12,214 nt of DNA, taken from Candidatus Altiarchaeota archaeon (GTDB taxonomy: Archaea > Altiarchaeota > Altiarchaeia > IMC4 > SCGC-AAA252-I15). Below are positions 6,708-12,214 of the stretch, piece by piece. A program made the position numbers and the translations under genes. The stretch spans positions 1-12,214 of the forward strand of contig JAZDIN010000044.1 in NCBI GenBank assembly GCA_043804895.1. The letters are read 5' to 3'. The notes under the pieces are model-generated. The model made no database searches. It saw only the letters and a program-made list of their open reading frames with translations, and was not told the DNA's origin. The number at the start of each line of letters is the position of its first letter. Position 1 is the first letter of the stretch.

Positions 6708-8497
6708 TACAAGATATAATACTCTGGGACATCGGCCTCATAATAGTCGCAGCCGCTATACTGGCGCACCTCGCGAAGATACTGAAGCAACCGCTCATCC
6801 CGGCCTACGTACTCGCTGGGATAGTGATTGGGCCCCTTGGTATGGGGCTTATAACAAGCCATGAGGTGATAGGCAGCCTTTCAGAGCTTGGCATAGCGTT
6901 CCTGCTATTCATAGTCGGCTTGGAGTTGGACTTGAGGAGGCTGCGCGACGTCGGCTCCGTAGCCTCTGTGACCGCGATAGTCAGCGGAGTCGTCATATTC
7001 GTTGCAGGAGCGTTCGTCGCATACGTGATGGGATTCAACGCCACTGAGGCGATTTACATCGGACTCGCGCTCACGTTCTCAAGCACTATGATAGTCATAA
7101 AGATAATGTCTGACAAGAACGAGCTTGAGACCCTCCACGGGAGGATAATACTCGGAGTCCTCTTGGTGCAGGACGTGCTGGCTATAATGGTCATGTCAGC
7201 CCTGGCCACGTTAGGGGACATGTCCCTGTCCACGGTAGCGCGGTCCATGGTATGGGGCCTCGGACTGTTCTCGATAGCAATAGTAGCCAGCAAGTACGTC
7301 ATACCGACTATATTCAAGGCCATAGCTAAGTCGCATGAGCTGATGTTCCTAACATCGCTTTCGCTGTTCTTCCTGTTCGCGAAGATGAGCGAGATGGCTG
7401 GGTTCTCCGTGGCGATAGGCGCATTCGTCGCTGGCATGGCGACGGCGGCATTCCCCTACAACCTTGAGGTCGTGGGCAAGGTCAGGAGCCTCAGGGACTT
7501 TTTCGCTATAATATTCTTCGTCTCCCTTGGGATGAGAATATGGGTAAAGGACCCGTATGCGATAGTACTGCCTGCAGCCATATTCCTGGCCCTTGAGCTG
7601 ATAGTGAAGCCGCTCGTCATGATGTTGACGACGTCGGTGATGGGTTACGGAAGGAGGGTGTCTTTCCTAACTGGGATATCACTCCTGCAGGTCAGCGAAT
7701 TCTCCCTAATAATCGCCATGCAAGGCCTCCTGATAGGGAGCATATCGGCTGAGGTGTTCTCGCTGATAAGCCTGCTGGCAGTAGTCAGCATCACCCTAAC
7801 CTCCTATAGCATAAAATACGACAACCAACTCTACAGAATAGTTGCTGAGAGACTTAACATACTGGAGAAATTCTCAAACACCGAGAAGGCGATGCAACAT
7901 GCCGTGGAGGACCCGAGCGGTGGCCACACAGTGGTCCTCGGCTGCCACAGGCTCGGCTACTCGATAGTGAAAAGCCTTGAAAAGGCGGGCAGGGAGTTCA
8001 TAGTCGTGGACTTCAACCCTGAGCGGGTGAAGTTGCTGGTGAACGAGGGGATACCGTGCATATACGGTGACATCGGAGACATAGACGTCCTTGACAAACT
8101 CCACCTAAAGACAGCCAAGATGGTCATCTCAACTGTCGTTGATGATGAAGACAACATGCTCCTCATAAGCGAGACAAAATACTACAACAAGAAAGCCCCG
8201 GTGATAGTCACATCAGAGAACCCAAGAGAAGCCCTTGAACTTTACGACTACGGCGCAGACTACGTGATAGTACCTAAGATGCTATCAGGCGTCGTCGTCT
8301 CGGATTTGGTTGAAGGCTACTTCAGGAGCATACACAGGCTAGACAACATGAAGGAGAAACACATCAAAGAGCTCCTTAAAATGGAGCATGAGGAGACCCT
8401 CAGCAAATACGAGTTCTCGTTCGTAACCTCGGTAGAGGAGAAGATGCACCTGCAGGATGAACACAAAACCCACAGCCACGAACAGAAGAAAGATTAA
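6704..8497 (+). CDS. CPA2-family cation:proton antiporter (KefB/KefC-like) with C-terminal RCK/TrkA-N domain
   Basis: Multiple TM helices; AYVLAGIVIGP, ELGIAFLLFIVGLE, FSSTMIVIK, LLVQD, FFVSLG and QVSEFS motifs; RCK domain VVLGCHRLG...VVDFNPERV...YGD...GADYVIVP. ATGA overlap with the upstream gene. Confidence 0.95.
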   Translation: MIQDIILWDIGLIIVAAAILAHLAKILKQPLIPAYVLAGIVIGPLGMGLITSHEVIGSLSELGIAFLLFIVGLELDLRRLRDVGSVASVTAIVSGVVIFVAGAFVAYVMGFNATEAIYIGLALTFSSTMIVIKIMSDKNELETLHGRIILGVLLVQDVLAIMVMSALATLGDMSLSTVARSMVWGLGLFSIAIVASKYVIPTIFKAIAKSHELMFLTSLSLFFLFAKMSEMAGFSVAIGAFVAGMATAAFPYNLEVVGKVRSLRDFFAIIFFVSLGMRIWVKDPYAIVLPAAIFLALELIVKPLVMMLTTSVMGYGRRVSFLTGISLLQVSEFSLIIAMQGLLIGSISAEVFSLISLLAVVSITLTSYSIKYDNQLYRIVAERLNILEKFSNTEKAMQHAVEDPSGGHTVVLGCHRLGYSIVKSLEKAGREFIVVDFNPERVKLLVNEGIPCIYGDIGDIDVLDKLHLKTAKMVISTVVDDEDNMLLISETKYYNKKAPVIVTSENPREALELYDYGADYVIVPKMLSGVVVSDLVEGYFRSIHRLDNMKEKHIKELLKMEHEETLSKYEFSFVTSVEEKMHLQDEHKTHSHEQKKD

Positions 8498-9137
8498 GAG
8501 GGCATACGAAAACCTCTACAACGCATACGGGAGACAACACTGGTGGCCTGCCGATACGCCATTCGAAGTCTGCGTCGGGGCGATACTCACTCAATCCACA
8601 AACTGGAGCAACGTCGAAAAGGCAATAAGAAACCTGAAGGCTGATGGGGTGCTCAGCCCACATGGACTCCACAAAGTCAGACTCAACAAGCTAGCGAGAC
8701 TCATAAAGCCAGCACTCTACTACAACGTGAAGGCCAGGAAGCTGAAGGAGTTCGTGCGCTTCCTAGACAAGGAGTATCACGGAGATGTTGAGAACATGCG
8801 GAAGGGTGAGACTTTGGAACTGAGAGAGAAACTCCTCAGCGTATGGGGCCTTGGGCCGGAGACAGTCGATTCGATGCTTCTTTACGCGCTCGGGAAGCCG
8901 TCGTTCGTCGTAGACGCATATACGAGGAGGATATTCTCGCGGATGGGAGTCGTCGACGGTGACGCTACGTACGACGAAATCAAGGCGTTCTTCGAGGGTA
9001 ACCTACCCAGAAGCGTTAGGCACTACAACGAGTATCACGCACTCATAGTCGAACACGGCAAAAACGTCTGCAAGACGAAACCCAGATGCGAAAAATGTCG
9101 AATGGAGAGCATATGTGAGTTTGAGCCATTAACATAA
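8457..9137 (+). CDS. HhH-GPD DNA glycosylase, endonuclease III-related (MpgII/MJ1434-like) with [4Fe-4S] motif
   Basis: WWP...FEVCVGAILTQSTNWSNV; HhH LLSVWGLGPETVDSMLLY; VVDAYTRR (catalytic Asp); C-terminal C-x5-C-x2-C-x5-C. Overlaps the antiporter gene by 41 nt. Confidence 0.93.
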   Translation: MNTKPTATNRRKIKRAYENLYNAYGRQHWWPADTPFEVCVGAILTQSTNWSNVEKAIRNLKADGVLSPHGLHKVRLNKLARLIKPALYYNVKARKLKEFVRFLDKEYHGDVENMRKGETLELREKLLSVWGLGPETVDSMLLYALGKPSFVVDAYTRRIFSRMGVVDGDATYDEIKAFFEGNLPRSVRHYNEYHALIVEHGKNVCKTKPRCEKCRMESICEFEPLT

Positions 9138-9749
9138 TTTGTCGATATTTCCCGAGGGATCTCTAGGTTTTTTAATCGTGTCTTCGTCCAAACGTTCTAG
9201 CCTTCTGCTACGGTAAATTTTTTTCCCGGTTTCCTCTGCAAGTCTGTTCTCACGTATCCGTTGCCTTATCCTGGCCGCCCTTACACTGTCACCTAGATAT
9301 GTTCCTACAGCTGTAATAGCTGCTCCAGGCAGCACGTATCCAAAGAAGGCCATCTTCTCCAGGACACCAATAATCCCTTCCTTTTTGATGTTTCCGTTGT
9401 CTGATTTGAGGCCGACTGCAAGCGGTGTTAGGCTTTGTCCTTTGAAAGTCCATCCGTCCTTTACCATCTCCAATACGATATCGCACACTTTATTGTACCC
9501 TCCAGAGTCTAGTTTTCGTGACTGTTCTGGAATGTCCCCATTACCGCCGAGTATCTGCATTAACGTATTCATTGTCGACTCACCAAGCGCGTTCTTTTTC
9601 TTAACACTACGCGCATAGTCTATGACACTCTGAATCCACTCCACCGTATCCGCAGGAGATACATTACTGTTGTTCCCCAATAGGGCTCGGTCTAGCTCTT
9701 CCCAGGAACTTATACCCCTCCAACTTTTTTCACCAATTGCAGGAGCCAT
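9129..9749 (-). CDS. Hypothetical protein (206 aa)
   Basis: Start reassigned to ATG 9749 (MAPAIGEKSW), because the longer ORF runs antisense into cutA. TATTTAA on the minus strand (9784-9778) lies ~29 nt upstream. The ORF fills the gap and overlaps the convergent gene end by 9 nt. No recognised domain. Confidence 0.72.
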   Translation of the reverse strand: MAPAIGEKSWRGISSWEELDRALLGNNSNVSPADTVEWIQSVIDYARSVKKKNALGESTMNTLMQILGGNGDIPEQSRKLDSGGYNKVCDIVLEMVKDGWTFKGQSLTPLAVGLKSDNGNIKKEGIIGVLEKMAFFGYVLPGAAITAVGTYLGDSVRAARIRQRIRENRLAEETGKKIYRSRRLERLDEDTIKKPRDPSGNIDKLC

Positions 9750-9854
9750 TCTACAATAACTATCACGAGTGGTTGAGTTAAATATGATTTGCTGATTTGA
9801 GCCTACGATTGCTAAAGCACAGGGGTATATATTGTTTCCCGCAATATGCAATTT

Positions 9855-10172
9855 ATGACCTTCATCGTCGTGTACATCACGCATTCTAGTATGGCGGAGG
9901 CTAGGAGGGTGGTGTCCCACCTCCTCAAGCTGAGGCTGATTGCGTGCGCGAATTTCTTCCCTATTAGGAGCATGTACTGGTGGAGGAGGAAGGTTGAGGA
10001 CTCCAAAGAGGTCGTGTCGCTGGTGAAGACCAGCAGGAGAAACTGGAGGAAACTGAAGGCCGAAGTCGAGAAGATTCACCCGTATAAGGTCCCGTGCATT
10101 ATGAGGCTGGATGCGAAGGCTAACAGGGCCTATGAGCGGTGGATTGCCAGGGAAACGCGCGGCCGACGTTAA
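9855..10172 (+). CDS. cutA: Divalent-cation tolerance protein CutA
   Basis: VYIT...EA...L...LIACAN..PI.SMYWW...E....VKT...HPYKVPCI...YERW pattern. TATATAT at 9826-9832 favours ATG 9855 over 9846. Confidence 0.93.
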   Translation: MTFIVVYITHSSMAEARRVVSHLLKLRLIACANFFPIRSMYWWRRKVEDSKEVVSLVKTSRRNWRKLKAEVEKIHPYKVPCIMRLDAKANRAYERWIARETRGRR

Positions 10173-10177
10173 GGGTT

Positions 10178-11182
10178 TCAGACGTGCTCTATTCTAGGGA
10201 GGTATATATACCGGGCTTTAGATACATAAGAGCCAAGTCCCGTCTCCACAAGGTGTTCGACAATCTTCTTCTTTCTTTCAGTGTCTGCCTGGATTGGGTA
10301 ATGGCCTACAAGCCTTCTGAAAAATTCCCTTTTCCTATCGTCCTTAACTCCCAAAGCTGGCAACAGCTGCTCGTTCAGATACGCGTAGTCTATGTAAAAC
10401 GCATCTGCGATGGAGTTCCCATCGCCCCAATCCGGGGACACCATCCCAGCCTCGCTGTAGTCTATCAAGCCGATGCTGCTGTCCGCTGGATTCAGTGTGA
10501 TGTTGCCAGGATGCGGGTGGCCGTGGAGTATATGGCCGGACTTGAAAGGGAGCGAATGGACCTTACCCATCATGTCAGCTATGTTGTCCAGCACCTTTCT
10601 CACATCAAGCCTCCTCTGGTCTCGTCCGTCCAGCACCTGGATGGCCGGAAACTCGTTCTCAACAAGGTATAGGCCAACGCCCTCATATTTGTATGTGAAA
10701 CCTTTCAGTGATTCCACTCTCCGGGCGGCCTCCATCATGGCCCTGATGGGCTGTTCCAAGCCCTTTAGGGAATCCTCTTGCAAGAAATCTTTCATCAGAC
10801 CCTCAACGACCGACGGGTCGTCCAGGTGTTTTTTGTGTTTCATAATCTCCTTGGCTACGTCGACCAGGGGTGTGGAGTCCAAGGGCATAATCCTCTTCTC
10901 AGTCCTTATGCCGTTGTCCCTCAGGAAGTCGTTCACCTCTATCTGGCCGGTGGTCCGCGGGACTATGAAGTAGGGAGAGTTTCGCATCACATCCTCTATG
11001 TACGCGCAAAATTCCTTGAATCTGTGGAGAGGCAGCTTGTACTCGTCAGGGTTGACACCCATTTTCTCTACGGATGATTTTTTTGAGAAGCCTTTCGTGG
11101 GGGGGACGTCAGTGCTCAGGGTGACGGGGACTAGCAGGTCTTCTGTCTTCCCTTCATCGCTATTCCTAGCCTTGACCGCCAT
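10178..11182 (-). CDS. Protein kinase-like fold (APH/RIO/Kdo-like) protein with a non-canonical catalytic loop (334 aa)
   Basis: Start reassigned to ATG 11182 (MAVKARN). Hinge-like LYLVENEFP, helix MGKVHS, catalytic loop ILHGHPHPGNI and DFG-like IGLIDYSEA. TTTAAATA on the minus strand at 11234-11227. Confidence 0.75.
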   Translation of the reverse strand: MAVKARNSDEGKTEDLLVPVTLSTDVPPTKGFSKKSSVEKMGVNPDEYKLPLHRFKEFCAYIEDVMRNSPYFIVPRTTGQIEVNDFLRDNGIRTEKRIMPLDSTPLVDVAKEIMKHKKHLDDPSVVEGLMKDFLQEDSLKGLEQPIRAMMEAARRVESLKGFTYKYEGVGLYLVENEFPAIQVLDGRDQRRLDVRKVLDNIADMMGKVHSLPFKSGHILHGHPHPGNITLNPADSSIGLIDYSEAGMVSPDWGDGNSIADAFYIDYAYLNEQLLPALGVKDDRKREFFRRLVGHYPIQADTERKKKIVEHLVETGLGSYVSKARYIYLPRIEHV

Positions 11183-11205
11183 ATAAGAGTAAAGGGAAGA
11201 TGTGG

Positions 11206-11232
11206 TAAAAACCTGTAATCGACAGGTATTTA
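11206..11232. promoter_or_regulatory. Inverted repeat (candidate operator) overlapping the TATA box of the kinase-like gene
   Basis: TAAAaACCTGT-aatcg-ACAGGTaTTTA: a perfect 6-bp core, with 10 of 11 positions pairing. Confidence 0.4.
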
Positions 11233-11249
11233 AAGGAGAATACAGTATA

Positions 11250-11283
11250 TTTAGTAAATATTGAATATTCAGTATATCCAGAA
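11250..11283 (+). promoter_or_regulatory. Tandem imperfect palindromes just upstream of the regulator (candidate auto-operator)
   Basis: TTTAGTAAATATTGAA (11250-11265) and TTCAGTATATCCAGAA (11268-11283) both approximate TTCAG-N6-CTGAA. Their junction forms the perfect palindrome TGAATATTCA (11262-11271). Confidence 0.45.
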
Positions 11284-11774
11284 TGTCAGACAAATACGCC
11301 AAGGTTGAGGAGGAGTTCGCTGAGAAGATTGTGAAGCTCTTCGAGAGGCAGGGATTCAACCCGACGGTGATGAAGATATACATAACACTCTTCATGTCCA
11401 CGAAGCCTCTCGGCCTGAAGGAGATTTCGGAGGGGACTGGGTACAGCATGTCGACTGTCTGCAACACCATGGATATCGTAGAGCGGACGATGGATGTGAG
11501 GAACTTCAAGAAACCGGGGAGCAAGAGGGTGTACTATGAATGCCTCCATGACCTCATGCTCGTCCACCACAAGAGGATGGACGAATCCGAGAGGGAGACT
11601 GAGACGATGATAGGCATACTGAAGGATGCGGAGGAGAACCTAAAAAGCGCAACCGACCATGAGACGGCAGCAAAGAGAGCGCATATAAGGCGGCTTAGAG
11701 AGGGTTATGAGAGGTACCATGACGTATTCCACAAGTTCGTTGAGATGGTGAGCGCGATACACAAGTCAAGATAA
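11283..11774 (+). CDS. GbsR/MarR-superfamily winged-helix transcriptional regulator
   Basis: FERQGFNPTVMKIYITLFMSTKPLGLKEISEGTGYSMSTV...KPGSKRVYY fits the GbsR (COG1510-type) HTH and wing, followed by a helical C-terminal region. It lies directly upstream of an ABC exporter gene. Confidence 0.85.
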   Translation: MSDKYAKVEEEFAEKIVKLFERQGFNPTVMKIYITLFMSTKPLGLKEISEGTGYSMSTVCNTMDIVERTMDVRNFKKPGSKRVYYECLHDLMLVHHKRMDESERETETMIGILKDAEENLKSATDHETAAKRAHIRRLREGYERYHDVFHKFVEMVSAIHKSR

Positions 11775-11778
11775 ACGA

Positions 11779-11798
11779 CCGCAGCCTGAAGGCTGCGG
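11779..11798. repeat. Perfect GC-rich hairpin (8-bp stem, TGAA loop)
   Basis: CCGCAGCC-TGAA-GGCTGCGG begins 5 nt after the regulator stop codon. No U-tract follows it. Confidence 0.75.
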
Positions 11799-11817
11799 AA
11801 TTCCAAATACGCTAAAA

Positions 11818-11886
11818 ATGCCAAACAGACAAACAAACACAGGAGGTGCAAGCGAGCAGCGGAATACCCTCGCGTATTTGCAATGA
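11818..11886 (+). CDS. Possible 22-aa upstream ORF (MPNRQTNTGGASEQRNTLAYLQ)
   Basis: ATG at 11818; the TGA at 11884-11886 overlaps the next gene's ATG (ATGA). Translation is unproven. Confidence 0.2.
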   Translation: MPNRQTNTGGASEQRNTLAYLQ

Positions 11887-12214
11887 AAGAACACAGCCAC
11901 AAGAAGACATGCGAGAGGGATCCGATAATCAAGCTCGTCGACGTCTGGAAGGTGTATAGGATGGGTGAAGTGGAAGTCCCTGCTTTACAGGGCCTGACGT
12001 TGGACATATTCCCCTGCGAGTTCGTGTCCTTGATGGGACCCTCAGGAAGCGGTAAGAGCACTGCCATGAACATGGTCGGGTGCCTGGATGTGCCGACGAG
12101 AGGCCACATATTCCTCGAGGGCAGGGACCTCGCTGAGATGGATGAGTCCGATTTAGCCCAGGTTAGGGGTCGGAAGAGAGGGTGCGTATTCCAGCAGTTC
12201 AACCTCATGCCTAA
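11883..12214 (+). CDS. ABC transporter ATP-binding protein, LolD/MacB/MJ0796 type, 3'-truncated (not in the ORF track)
   Basis: Manual translation: MKEHSHKKTCERDPIIKLVDVWKVYRMGEVEVPALQGL...EFVSLMGPSGSGKSTAMNMVGCLDVPTRG...VFQQFNLMP (Walker A and Q-loop). Confidence 0.93.
   Translation, partial: MKEHSHKKTCERDPIIKLVDVWKVYRMGEVEVPALQGLTLDIFPCEFVSLMGPSGSGKSTAMNMVGCLDVPTRGHIFLEGRDLAEMDESDLAQVRGRKRGCVFQQFNLMP

Noticed and set aside
9750-10079. N-terminal 110 aa of the 316-aa minus ORF
   Set aside because: It lies antisense to cutA and runs across an AT-rich promoter region; the real start is more likely 9749.
10139-11186. Plus-strand ORFs 10139-10672, 10473-10973, 10778-11077 and 10998-11186
   Set aside because: They are antisense to the kinase-fold gene and have no recognisable motifs.
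11183-11524. N-terminal extension of the 448-aa minus ORF
   Set aside because: It is antisense to the GbsR-like gene and spans the divergent promoter; start reassigned to 11182.
11779-11798. Hairpin as an intrinsic terminator
   Set aside because: No U-tract follows it, and the downstream gene looks co-transcribed; kept as a repeat or structure instead.
12170-12195. RKRGCVFQ instead of the usual (K/R)IGFVFQ in the ATPase
   Set aside because: It lies at the very edge of the sequence, and each change needs only one base substitution; it may be low-quality sequence and cannot be interpreted here.
11705-12208. 167-aa minus-strand ORF
   Set aside because: It is the antisense shadow of the LolD/MacB-type ATPase.
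1-12214. tRNA, rRNA, CRISPR array, integrase/transposase or a recognised defence system
   Set aside because: No cloverleaf, regularly spaced repeats or recombinase motifs were seen, and every intergenic gap is about 110 bp or shorter.

Overview
A gene-dense archaeal window: TATA/BRE promoters sit 23-30 nt before the ATGs, and there are ATGA/TGATG overlaps and Methanocaldococcus-type families. An Altiarchaeota/DPANN-like source is only my inference. Left to right it holds: two ABC-2 permeases on the minus strand (one fused to an intact PrsW-type intramembrane protease), divergent from their probable ABC ATPase; a minus-strand orphan; a lipoprotein with three 6-Cys modules and TSP3-like Ca-binding repeats; a plus-strand run of YfcE/MJ0936 phosphoesterase, a CDIN1/C15orf41-like (TPD) PD-(D/E)XK nuclease, a KefC-like CPA2 antiporter and an HhH-GPD [4Fe-4S] glycosylase; a second orphan; cutA; a kinase-fold protein with HGH in place of HGD; a GbsR/MarR regulator with candidate operators; a structured 108-nt spacer (hairpin, long-range inverted repeat, 22-codon uORF); and the start of a LolD/MacB-type ABC ATPase. 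I saw no rRNA, tRNA, CRISPR array or transposase. The best leads are the archaeal CDIN1-like nuclease cluster, the permease-protease exporter, the HGH kinase variant with the antisense orphans, and the structured leader. All family calls come from motif recognition by eye; no searches were run.
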